DNA from: a virus
Taxonomy: Duplodnaviria; Caudoviricetes
Direction: 5' to 3' (one strand)
IMG/VR virus record: IMGVR_UViG_3300043579_000150
Span: 1 to 34,137 of that record
Length of the DNA: 34,137 bases
Shown here piece after piece: positions 17,819 to 25,580 of the stretch. The notes beneath the pieces are model-generated. The model saw nothing but the letters and a program-made list of their open reading frames with translations. It was not told where the DNA came from and did no database searches. The position numbers were made by a program, and so were the translations under genes. Each line of letters opens with the position of its first letter. Position 1 is the stretch's first letter.

Positions 17819-17926
17819 ACGGGAAGAGGTTTAGGCTTGTGTGCAGGATATCCGCCAATCACTATCCTAAGTCGAGAGACTTGGGGACTAGGATGATAGA
17901 AGGACCGATTGGATTTCTCTTCCCGT
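17819..17926. ncRNA. Candidate structured RNA in a divergent intergenic region
   Basis: Nested stems ACGGGAAGAG/CTCTTCCCGT, CCAATC/GATTGG and TCCTAAGTC-GAGA-GACTTGGGG (GNRA loop on +). Confidence 0.4.
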
Positions 17927-17994
17927 GCCCCTTGTCATATCACATGACACGCCTCCAATAGGGTTTGTCACAAAGTAGACTTCTAGACAAGTGG

Positions 17995-18024
17995 ACCCTA
18001 GCACGATCCTTTGGCAATGACAAG
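17995..18024 (-). promoter_or_regulatory. Sigma70-type promoter candidate for the leftward early operon
   Basis: TTGTCA-N17-TAGGGT on the minus strand. Confidence 0.4.
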
Positions 18025-18085
18025 CCTCTTGTTAGCCTGTTCTCAAAAAAAGTGGCCAAGAAAGAACAGACGAAAGAAGTCCCCT

Positions 18086-18114
18086 CTTGACAGGCTGTTT
18101 TTCTATCTCTATGT
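18086..18114 (+). promoter_or_regulatory. Sigma70 promoter of hns
   Basis: CTTGAC-N17-CTATGT, close to the rhizobial RpoD consensus CTTGAC-N17-CTATAT. Confidence 0.7.
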
Positions 18115-18146
18115 AGGAGCTTCTGTCCCTAACTGGAGAAGTCACG

Positions 18147-18503
18147 ATGAATAAGTCTGAACAAGAGAGGTTTCTGAAAGCAGCCAAGGGCGCCGATTTG
18201 CCCGCGCTGGAAAACTTGATTACCCAGCTGACTGGTATGGCCGAGGAAATCAAGGTTGAGAAAAGGGCTGGCCTGAAGGAGCGAATCGAAGAGATGTTGG
18301 CTGGCGCTGGAACCAACATTGCCGAGGTCTACGGCAAGATCAAACAGCCCTCAACTCGCGCGGCCAAATACCGTGATCCAAACAATCCGACCAATACCTG
18401 GACTGGCCAAGGTCGGATGCCGGGCTGGATGACGGAAAAGAAGAAGGCCGGTGTAAATCCCGAGGATTTCAGGATCAAGGAGGAAGAGCCAGCGAAGACC
18501 TAA
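18147..18503 (+). CDS. hns: H-NS family nucleoid-associated protein (short HvrA/BpH3 type)
   Basis: AKYRDPNNPTNTWTGQGRMPGW is the H-NS DNA-binding motif TWTGxGRxP; coiled-coil N-terminus; GGAG SD. Confidence 0.92.
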   Translation: MNKSEQERFLKAAKGADLPALENLITQLTGMAEEIKVEKRAGLKERIEEMLAGAGTNIAEVYGKIKQPSTRAAKYRDPNNPTNTWTGQGRMPGWMTEKKKAGVNPEDFRIKEEEPAKT

Positions 18504-18505
18504 GA

Positions 18506-18569
18506 CCAAAAACGGCGACAAAAAAAGGGTGCCTTCCTTATCTCGGGAAAGCACCCTTTTCCGTTTTGG
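18506..18569. terminator. Bidirectional intrinsic terminator between hns and gp32
   Basis: AAGGGTGC/GCACCCTT stem flanked by A and T runs; outer AAAACGG/CCGTTTT repeat. Confidence 0.8.
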
Positions 18570-18616
18570 CCTTTGCACACTAGCAAAGAGACGCCCTTAG
18601 GTTGGCAACCAAACCT

Positions 18617-19489
18617 TTATTGTTTATTTACTAGGCTTTGAAATAGACTTACAGTTTTCTTGTGCTCTTCATCTGTTTCATCCACATCAAATGGAGGAGG
18701 CGAATTATCATCAACATCAGCTGCAACTGATGCTACGCGCTTTCCAGTTGTTCCAAGAACCCGATCTAGTCGAGCCTTGAGTTCATCATATGTTTTGAAG
18801 TTTTTTCCAGAAACAAATTCTTGTAGAGAATGCTGTTGATTCCAAATTTTTTCTAGCTCTTCATCATTGTCTGTAAGAGGAGAAGGTGGTTTCACAAACT
18901 CTGATTGATCATAGTTTCTATATCCTTCAACAATGCAAATTTTCAGCCGCAAAGGAACACCAGCCCAAAAATCAAAAGGATTGATTGGCGGTTCATCAGG
19001 AAACTGAGGGATCATAAGGTTGTTTAGTTTATCAAAAATTTTCTTGCCATAACGGAACAAAAAAACTTTGCCCTCATTTTCTGGATGAGCAATATCCTTC
19101 ATAACTAGAATATTAGAAATGTAAGTAAGTTTACGTTTTTGTTTCCGAGCAACTTCTTTATCAGAATCCTGCCCGCTATTCCAAAGAATTGAATTATACT
19201 CACTAACAGGATCAGGTTTGCCTAGAGTTGTTAGGGAGTTTTCAATATACCAGCTGCCAGTTTTGCCCTGAAAAGAATGGAACCAAACACGCACAAAAGG
19301 AACTTCTTCGCCTCTTGGTGCTGGTAGGAAACGAATTACTGCATAACCGTTTCCAGCTTTATCAACGTCAGGATACCAAATCCTGTCATCTTCAACGAAT
19401 TTTGGAGCGGTTTGTTTTTGAAGTTCGGTAGTCAGAGATTCTAAGGATTTAGCTCTGCTATTTTTTAGGTCTAAAAATGAAAGTACCAT
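18617..19489 (-). CDS. gp32: Single-stranded DNA-binding protein gp32
   Basis: DKAGNGYAVIRFLPAP, WYIENSLTTLG, YGKKIFDK and GYRNYDQSEF motifs; lacks the T4 Zn cysteines. Confidence 0.95.
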   Translation of the reverse strand: MVLSFLDLKNSRAKSLESLTTELQKQTAPKFVEDDRIWYPDVDKAGNGYAVIRFLPAPRGEEVPFVRVWFHSFQGKTGSWYIENSLTTLGKPDPVSEYNSILWNSGQDSDKEVARKQKRKLTYISNILVMKDIAHPENEGKVFLFRYGKKIFDKLNNLMIPQFPDEPPINPFDFWAGVPLRLKICIVEGYRNYDQSEFVKPPSPLTDNDEELEKIWNQQHSLQEFVSGKNFKTYDELKARLDRVLGTTGKRVASVAADVDDNSPPPFDVDETDEEHKKTVSLFQSLVNKQ

Positions 19490-19490
19490 A

Positions 19491-19694
19491 TTATTCTATT
19501 TTTTCTCCTGTATTATTATTTGTTGTATTGTCTATATTTTTGATTTGTTTTAGATAGTATAAACTTTGAGATATTTGATATATGTATTTCAAAGTTTCAA
19601 TGTCACTCGTATTATAAGTGCCATATACTTGTGGCAAAGTGCATAATAAACTTTCTAGTCTTTGTATCAATGTATCAAGTTGATATCCTAACAT
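19491..19694 (-). CDS. Hypothetical AT-rich ORF upstream of gp32
   Basis: GGAG SD before the ATG; very AT-rich, may double as the gp32 leader. Confidence 0.45.
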   Translation of the reverse strand: MLGYQLDTLIQRLESLLCTLPQVYGTYNTSDIETLKYIYQISQSLYYLKQIKNIDNTTNNNTGEKIE

Positions 19695-19714
19695 TATTTC
19701 TCCATAATATAAAG

Positions 19715-19803
19715 TGGCGGCAAGGGCAGTTCGCGAAGCTGCATCTCCCAGCTAAAACCTTTCGGCTCTGATCTGCTAGGGCTCTACTTTGAGCTACCTC
19801 ACC
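19715..19803 (-). ncRNA. tRNA-like RNA lacking a canonical anticodon loop
   Basis: GGTGAGG/CCTTGCC acceptor stem + G + CCA; GCTC/GAGC D stem; CTAGC/GCTGG stem enclosing AGAGCC-GAAA-GGTTTT; GCAG/CTGC T arm with TTCG. Confidence 0.75.
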
Positions 19804-19811
19804 ATACGTTG

Positions 19812-19818
19812 TATTTAG
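19812..19818 (-). promoter_or_regulatory. Late promoter candidate (CTAAATA) for the tRNA-like RNA
   Basis: Motif ends 8 nt upstream of the predicted 5' G. Confidence 0.6.
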
Positions 19819-19822
19819 GCGC

Positions 19823-20173
19823 TCATAATAGCTGGACGCCATATATTCCAGAAATTGCTTCATCAACATTACGAAAGAATGAAATGCCACGAATTTGTGT
19901 TATGTAAGACACTCTTTTATCATCTAAAAATGTAGCTGTGCGGCTATTCTCCACATCTATTAGAATGTTTCCTGTGATGCTATCAAATCCTGCTTTTCTT
20001 GCGAGTCCATTCATATAATCACTATCATAGTTTTGTTGCCAATTCCGAAGCTGCAAAATACCATAGATTGCACGAAAAGCCTCAGATGCTTCATGGACAA
20101 TTGAAGCTCCCCGAAAAGCAAACCCTGAAAGAGGAATAGCTAGCACCGATAGAACGAATTTGCGACGGTTCAT
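19823..20173 (-). CDS. Hypothetical protein with twin-arginine-like signal (start MNRRKF)
   Basis: MNRRKFVLSVLAIPLSGFAF; GGAG SD; TAATG coupling. Confidence 0.55.
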   Translation of the reverse strand: MNRRKFVLSVLAIPLSGFAFRGASIVHEASEAFRAIYGILQLRNWQQNYDSDYMNGLARKAGFDSITGNILIDVENSRTATFLDDKRVSYITQIRGISFFRNVDEAISGIYGVQLL

Positions 20174-20307
20174 TAGTCTTCTCCCTGACATGGTTTGCTT
20201 AGTTCTTTTTGAGTCGGTTTATTCCTTATCGCTATAAGTCCACATTTGATGCAATAACGCCAGTTTAGAAACATACCACTTAGCTTGTGCGGCTTTCCTT
20301 TTGCCAT
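20173..20307 (-). CDS. 44-aa putative Zn-binding peptide (not in ORF track)
   Basis: MAKGKPHKLSGMFLNWRYCIKCGLIAIRNKPTQKELSKPCQGED; H...CxxC...C; fills the gap after gp59. Confidence 0.55.
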   Translation of the reverse strand: MAKGKPHKLSGMFLNWRYCIKCGLIAIRNKPTQKELSKPCQGED

Positions 20308-20846
20308 CTGGTAATGATCATGCCTCTGAGTTTTTGCCAGTCATATTTCAGAAATGGTGCATACTTCTGGAGGCGTGTCATGTAGACCGGATTGCTAAGA
20401 TTTCCAGTATAATACTCCCAAAGCTGGAGTTTGTCAATCAGAATTGTTATCGTCTCAGCAGAAATTTCGTTTCGGGTATAAAGTTCTTGAATATAAGGCA
20501 GCTTCCCGACTTTTGGCTGGAAGTTGGAATCAAAATCGTCCTGAAGCTTACCTAAGTCTGTTTTGAATAGATAAGCTAGAGATTGTTGTCGTCGCTCCCA
20601 TTCCAGGTAACGATCCTGAGTCATATCTTTTATCCAGCGATCTTTATCAATTAGATTCGCCAAAAAGAGATTATGCGGAGATTTGTGTTTGGTTAGTTTC
20701 TGAAAGGCGTATTTGTCATTGCGCCTTTCAAATGATGCTGGAGATGCGTTCTTTAGTTTTCCATGATATTTGAAATAATCATAGGTCGGATGATTGAAGT
20801 GTTGTTTCAGGGCGAGATAATCAACATATATCTCAAAGGAGTTCAT
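20280..20846 (-). CDS. gp59: Helicase loader gp59
   Basis: YLALKQHFN...YDYFKYHGK...FERRNDKYAFQKL...QSLAYLFKTD...ISAET...KYAPFL. Confidence 0.9.
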   Translation of the reverse strand: MNSFEIYVDYLALKQHFNHPTYDYFKYHGKLKNASPASFERRNDKYAFQKLTKHKSPHNLFLANLIDKDRWIKDMTQDRYLEWERRQQSLAYLFKTDLGKLQDDFDSNFQPKVGKLPYIQELYTRNEISAETITILIDKLQLWEYYTGNLSNPVYMTRLQKYAPFLKYDWQKLRGMIITRWQKESRTS

Positions 20847-21274
20847 TGTTCCAACCGAACTTTACCTTCTCTTATCATTTTTGCAATTTCAAGAAAAGAA
20901 CTGCCCGAATCATTTGCATCCACTAGACTCATTTTTTGATCATCTAATAATGGATTTGTGAACATACCATTATTATCAGTAAACCCAAGCCATTTCTTTA
21001 CTTCACAGGGAAGCACTCCAGTAATCCTTTGGCCATTGGAGCCTGAATAATAAAAAACATTCATGTAAGCATCATACTCTTCTTTTACAAGTCTGACACC
21101 ATTTTCCATCGCCAATTCACAAGCGACTCCTAAACAGCAATAGAGTTGATTTCCATCTACTTTCTGGCATAAAAACTTCTCGCCTTGTTTGAAGCGACCA
21201 GATTCCAAAGCATCTGCCAACAGTTTGCGATTGGCAGCTTGCTCTTCTTTTGTGTAGGTTGTTTTGTTGTTCAT
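20843..21274 (-). CDS. Phage hypothetical protein (start MNNKTT)
   Basis: ALESGRFKQG...YCCLGVACEL...NDSGSSFLEIA motif seen in many phage proteins; ATGA overlap. Confidence 0.7.
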   Translation of the reverse strand: MNNKTTYTKEEQAANRKLLADALESGRFKQGEKFLCQKVDGNQLYCCLGVACELAMENGVRLVKEEYDAYMNVFYYSGSNGQRITGVLPCEVKKWLGFTDNNGMFTNPLLDDQKMSLVDANDSGSSFLEIAKMIREGKVRLEQ

Positions 21275-21684
21275 GCGAAAGTTCCATTCCAGGGACGCGG
21301 ATAGTGACTGATATAGGCAAAGGCTTCTATGTTCTGTGGCATCATTTCTACATGGCCGCGAGCAAATGCCACAAAGCCTGCCCACAGTTGATTTGAGTCG
21401 TTTCTAATCAGTGTTTTCACAAATTTCTGCATACTGGTGCCTGTGGTCCAAACATCATCCACTATCAACCACGTTGGCGCTCCAGGTGTTACATAGGGCA
21501 GGAATGCATCTCTTAGAGCCCAGCCGCCCGAGGGAACGCCATAGACCTGACCAAAGGCCCCGATCTTGACATGAGAGGCATGAGCGATACAGGCCCAATC
21601 CTCTTTTGTCAGCGCATCACATTCTATCTTCCAATCCAAAGTCAAGCCAGCTGCGGATTGGAACTGTCCGATTTTGAAGAGCAT
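21271..21684 (-). CDS. Type I phosphoribosyltransferase-like protein (orotate PRTase-like)
   Basis: PRPP-binding motif LIVDDVWTTGTS; GVPSGG loop. Confidence 0.8.
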   Translation of the reverse strand: MLFKIGQFQSAAGLTLDWKIECDALTKEDWACIAHASHVKIGAFGQVYGVPSGGWALRDAFLPYVTPGAPTWLIVDDVWTTGTSMQKFVKTLIRNDSNQLWAGFVAFARGHVEMMPQNIEAFAYISHYPRPWNGTFA

Positions 21685-21690
21685 GTGTTT

Positions 21691-21888
21691 TTACTGTCTC
21701 CAATTGTTGACATCACGCGCAACTGCCAGAATTAGAAAAGCTATTGGTAATGCAATAAGAACTATAGCTAGTCCCGGTGGAAAGTTCCCCACCAATGCTC
21801 CGAAAAATGCAGCTATTCCAAGCGCAATTCCAACTACAAAAAACTGTAACTCACGCGGAGTAGCTGTGAAATGCCATTTTGGTTTCAT
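21691..21888 (-). CDS. Small two-TM membrane protein
   Basis: Two hydrophobic helices separated by NFPPG. Confidence 0.6.
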   Translation of the reverse strand: MKPKWHFTATPRELQFFVVGIALGIAAFFGALVGNFPPGLAIVLIALPIAFLILAVARDVNNWRQ

Positions 21889-21892
21889 TTTT

Positions 21893-22336
21893 TTATGTCC
21901 ATGTTTTGACTAACCAATCCATACCGATAGGATAACTAGTATGAGAGTTTGTGTCTGGAGCAAATACTTCCACTTGATTACCATCCAGAAAGTTTGTCAC
22001 CCTATACCAATGATGAGGAACATCTGACCAATGCTTTTGTTTTATAAAGTCTCCAATCTTGAACTTAGCTTCTGGTTGTGTAACTTCTTTACCGACATAA
22101 GAATCATGTGCATCTAAGTTATCACACTCATAATCACACTCAAGCACAAGCCTAATAGTGCTTGCTGCATATTTACGCATTGAAAGTATTTCGTCTTCTC
22201 TAGTAGACTCACTCTCTATTGATTTTATATAACCAACTCCATTATTAAAATCCCCATGCACAGTAAATGGCAGGGATAGGACGCGCATATAAGAAATCGC
22301 GTCATGTGCATTGCGAAACGGCCCAAAGCTTGTCAT
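21893..22336 (-). CDS. Hypothetical protein
   Basis: 147-aa ORF, ATGA-coupled. Confidence 0.6.
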   Translation of the reverse strand: MTSFGPFRNAHDAISYMRVLSLPFTVHGDFNNGVGYIKSIESESTREDEILSMRKYAASTIRLVLECDYECDNLDAHDSYVGKEVTQPEAKFKIGDFIKQKHWSDVPHHWYRVTNFLDGNQVEVFAPDTNSHTSYPIGMDWLVKTWT

Positions 22337-22608
22337 GTGATGTTCCTTTCCTGTTGCTCGTATTGTTCGTATTCCAGTTTGAATACTTTACGAAAGTCAG
22401 GCGTTATTGTTATGTCTTCAAACCCAATGCTAATAATAAGATCGTTTTGCAAGAGATGTTTCAAAAGATGATTTCTTTGTTTTAATGTATGAACTATAAT
22501 AGAACAAAATAAATAATGACGCTCTTGTAATGTGTATCTAAATGGAATCGTCATCATTTTGAAATATGGTCTAGCAGTTTGAAAGTCTTGGAATGGTCCA
22601 TATTTCAT
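22333..22608 (-). CDS. Hypothetical protein
   Basis: 91-aa ORF, ATGA-coupled; N-terminus resembles that of 21893-22336. Confidence 0.6.
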   Translation of the reverse strand: MKYGPFQDFQTARPYFKMMTIPFRYTLQERHYLFCSIIVHTLKQRNHLLKHLLQNDLIISIGFEDITITPDFRKVFKLEYEQYEQQERNIT

Positions 22609-22853
22609 ATCGGGAGCCTGCTTGTTTTCTTTTTGAGGAGGTTCAGAGACTCAGCTTCTATTTCCAGCTGCGATTTGATATTCTCATTCTTGCTCATGAT
22701 TTCCGCCAGAACTTCAATCTCAATACCTGATGTTTGAGAGTAATGAACAATACCATCAATGTAAGATACACCATTGGCTTTCACCAACTTTTCAATCTCT
22801 TTGACGACATTGTTAGAGAGATTGAACTTGTTTAGATCAACTTCATTTTTCAA
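22605..22853 (-). CDS. gp33: Late promoter transcription co-activator gp33
   Basis: EIEKLVK...SYIDGIVHY...IEIE...EAESLNLLK..SRLPI pattern. Confidence 0.85.
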   Translation of the reverse strand: MKNEVDLNKFNLSNNVVKEIEKLVKANGVSYIDGIVHYSQTSGIEIEVLAEIMSKNENIKSQLEIEAESLNLLKKKTSRLPI

Positions 22854-23076
22854 TTAAACTCAACTCCATTTCTACTTCGTCTATAATATCTTGCGCATTC
22901 GGGTCCACTCCATAAAACAGAGCAAGAGCCGTGCAGAAGTCTCTATAGACGATTTTTCTTGATCCACCGTTACGTGGTGCTCTTTCATAACGCTCAACGA
23001 AACCATTCTTTAGAATTTGTAATTGATCCAGCCAAACTTTATGCTGGCCTATTGTTGTGGCGCGTTGTTGGTCCAT
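22843..23076 (-). CDS. Hypothetical protein
   Basis: 77-aa ORF with GGAG SD. Confidence 0.6.
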   Translation of the reverse strand: MDQQRATTIGQHKVWLDQLQILKNGFVERYERAPRNGGSRKIVYRDFCTALALFYGVDPNAQDIIDEVEMELSLIEK

Positions 23077-23102
23077 TTTATTGCTCCCCTTCTTCTTCTT
23101 CC

Positions 23103-23561
23103 TCAGATTCCACCATGGAAGTGTCTTATTTCATCAAAGCCTTCTTCCAACGTCGGCATTTCAAACGCGCTAACATAATAGTCATAGCTTTGTTTACGTT
23201 TGACTGATGCTTCTCTGATATTCCAAGCATCATAGGTAGGATGTGGAAAAACATATATCGTCTTTATATATCCAAAATCCTTGAATAAATCAAGTAAAAT
23301 CTTACGATCAGCTGAAAATATATTCAGATCGTCTATTACGATTTTTCTGTTTTGTTTGAGGGAGACTTTTATTCTACGTTCCTTGATGAAATTCAAAATA
23401 TGTCCATGAACGGTGCCAATATCTTCCCAGCACATCGTCGCAATTCTTTCAGCAATAGCATGACCAGATATATGATCATAATCTATTGCATCAAAAGTCT
23501 GCTCTCTAAATTTAGTCTTTCCACTATACGGGATTCCACATAAAAAATAAACCAAACTCAT
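23103..23561 (-). CDS. P-loop kinase (AAA_33 / polynucleotide-kinase-like)
   Basis: Walker A CGIPYSGKT; IVIDDLN; FEMPTLEEGFDEI C-terminus. Confidence 0.8.
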   Translation of the reverse strand: MSLVYFLCGIPYSGKTKFREQTFDAIDYDHISGHAIAERIATMCWEDIGTVHGHILNFIKERRIKVSLKQNRKIVIDDLNIFSADRKILLDLFKDFGYIKTIYVFPHPTYDAWNIREASVKRKQSYDYYVSAFEMPTLEEGFDEIRHFHGGI

Positions 23562-23582
23562 AATGTTTCTCCTAACTTTGTG

Positions 23583-23771
23583 TTACCATTTTTTCAAAAT
23601 TGCTTCCCACATAGAAAGTATACCAGCGACATTTAATTCAACTCCATTATGATAATGTAAGAATATATAAGCCAAAGTTATAGCAACGACAATCAAAACA
23701 ACAGACATACATAAGGCGAGAATACAAACCCAACTAACTTCAATTGCTGGATGATGTATCCGCTGTCGCAT
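23583..23771 (-). CDS. Small membrane protein
   Basis: One long hydrophobic stretch. Confidence 0.5.
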   Translation of the reverse strand: MRQRIHHPAIEVSWVCILALCMSVVLIVVAITLAYIFLHYHNGVELNVAGILSMWEAILKKW

Positions 23772-23772
23772 G

Positions 23773-23850
<78 letters not shown>

Positions 23851-23919
23851 ATATAGAAAAGGAAGAGACAAATACCGGACGCCTCTTCCTAAAATCCCAG
23901 CCGGTAAGGGAGTTCTTTT

Positions 23920-23926
23920 TATTTAG
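23920..23926 (-). promoter_or_regulatory. Late promoter candidate (CTAAATA) upstream of tRNA-Asn
   Basis: Overlaps the SPFH stop codon, about 70 nt upstream of the tRNA. Confidence 0.5.
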
Positions 23927-24873
23927 TTAGTGCGACGTGGAACAACTCCTTTTTCATCCACGCTCATGAAAGGCACCGTGTTGGATAGCATGGTATTGGG
24001 TAGGGCGCCATTCCAGGTTAGAGCCTTTGTGTATTCCACCAGCTGCGCATTAGAGGCGAGAGCATCGGCCTTGGATTTGATCGCTGTGGCTTCGGCCTTG
24101 CCCCTCAACTCTATTGCTTGGGCATCTGCAACGGCTATAGCGAGTTTTGAGTCCGCTTCACCCTTGGCCTTGGTAACAGCCCTTTCGGCCATCTTTCGCT
24201 CTTGCTCAAGCTCTTGCTGGCGAGTTTCAACACCGGCCTTGGCTTCAGCGGCTTTGTCCACTGCGGTTTGGAAGCTCTTGGAATACTCCAGGTTTGGAAT
24301 CTGGAAGTCCGTCACTTCAACGCCCAGTGTCTTTGCTTCTTCAGCCACGACCGCTTTGATTTTATCACATAGCTCGGCACGATGAGAAGCAACGTTTTGG
24401 GTATTGACTTTACCCATTTCTCGCTTCAGCCGATCCACCGTAATACTAAAGAGACGTGCTTTATAATCCTGCGCGTTTCTCCAAACAAAGCTGATTCTTT
24501 CGTCATTTTTGGGGATGCGATAGAACAGCTTCCACCAAACATCTACTTCTTGGTTATCAACTGTAAATGTATTAGACTTTTCTTTATTAAATAGCTCCTG
24601 GATATCAGTGCGAATAAAGTTGGCCGAATGAACACCGGGAACTTTGAAATTCAATCCAGGCGCAGTATTGATGCTTTGAATCTGGCCAAAGCGAGTGAGA
24701 ACTACGGCTTCATATTCTTCAATTGTGTAGTAAGTTGTGAAGAATAGAATCAAAGCGACAACACCAAATATTCCAGTCAAAACAAGCTTCAACATGTTAC
24801 TTTTCTCCTGTGTTTCTTCTTTTGGTTTTTTGCGAGGAGGCATCTTCTTCTTTCTTGGTTCTTTCATAATCAC
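23923..24873 (-). CDS. SPFH/Band 7 (prohibitin-like) membrane protein; start uncertain
   Basis: TM helix, VVLTRFG...PGLNFKVP, Ala/Glu coiled coil and WNGALP motifs. Confidence 0.9.
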   Translation of the reverse strand: MIMKEPRKKKMPPRKKPKEETQEKSNMLKLVLTGIFGVVALILFFTTYYTIEEYEAVVLTRFGQIQSINTAPGLNFKVPGVHSANFIRTDIQELFNKEKSNTFTVDNQEVDVWWKLFYRIPKNDERISFVWRNAQDYKARLFSITVDRLKREMGKVNTQNVASHRAELCDKIKAVVAEEAKTLGVEVTDFQIPNLEYSKSFQTAVDKAAEAKAGVETRQQELEQERKMAERAVTKAKGEADSKLAIAVADAQAIELRGKAEATAIKSKADALASNAQLVEYTKALTWNGALPNTMLSNTVPFMSVDEKGVVPRRTN

Positions 24874-24940
24874 GGTAGGTAAGTATGATTAAAAAAAGCA
24901 AACAAAGTATGAATAAAATAATTGCTAGACCTATCATTCG

Positions 24941-25234
24941 TTATCCTTCTTTTTTCTCCGCTTTACTGAACTTACCTAACACGGCACCATAAAGACCGCT
25001 CTCTATGATTTGTTTCTGCCAAAAATCAGGCATCCTTCCGCTATAGGATCGTTTTACCTTCTTGACATTCTCATCCCACTCAAATTGAGACTTGGATGAT
25101 TTCATCAATGTGATGATTTCACCGATTGACATAGGAGTTAGCGGGATTCCCATAGTCTGTCCTCCTTTTCGCGTTTGGACATAGTAATCTACCAAATTCT
25201 CTAGAGCTTGTAAAGCAGTATGTTCATTCCTCAT
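24941..25234 (-). CDS. Hypothetical protein
   Basis: 97-aa ORF in the operon. Confidence 0.6.
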   Translation of the reverse strand: MRNEHTALQALENLVDYYVQTRKGGQTMGIPLTPMSIGEIITLMKSSKSQFEWDENVKKVKRSYSGRMPDFWQKQIIESGLYGAVLGKFSKAEKKEG

Positions 25235-25574
25235 CTAGTTTTTTTCTTTCTCGCTTTCTCCTTGCCTCTTCTCCCATTTTTACTCCCATTGCAAATGCTT
25301 CTGCATCTGTAACTTTGTGTTCTGTGATCTTTCCAAAAACTGGATGCGCGCAATCAAACAATCTTTCCACACGCTCTCTTGTGTCGTCTGTATAATAGCC
25401 AGCGAAGTAGCCAAGGTTAGCCTTTTGGATTGCAAGACATTCTTCTCTTGTCTTTTCAGGTGCGATCTTCTGGCAATGATCTACCATCGCCTCAAGATAC
25501 TGTTTAGCATCTTCAGGATCAGTGATTTTCATCGCCACTGCGAGCGTGTGTTTGTTTGGATCAAATGGCGTCAT
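25224..25574 (-). CDS. Phage hypothetical protein
   Basis: NLGYFAGYY...RVERLFDCAHPVFG motif; GAGG SD. Confidence 0.7.
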   Translation of the reverse strand: MTPFDPNKHTLAVAMKITDPEDAKQYLEAMVDHCQKIAPEKTREECLAIQKANLGYFAGYYTDDTRERVERLFDCAHPVFGKITEHKVTDAEAFAMGVKMGEEARRKRERKKLDEE

Positions 25575-25580
25575 GGTTGT

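Noticed and set aside
18617-19489. Zinc-free gp32 as a novelty
   Set aside because: Loss of the Zn cysteines is already known in non-enteric T4-like phages.
19675-19890. 71-aa minus-strand ORF in the track
   Set aside because: It spans the tRNA-like RNA and its promoter motif and overlaps neighbouring ORFs; the RNA structure explains the sequence better.
20843-21385. Extended N-terminus in the ORF track
   Set aside because: It overlaps the PRTase-like gene by over 100 nt; the ATGA-coupled start at 21274 is more plausible.
23930-24385. 151-aa plus-strand ORF
   Set aside because: Antisense shadow of the SPFH gene.
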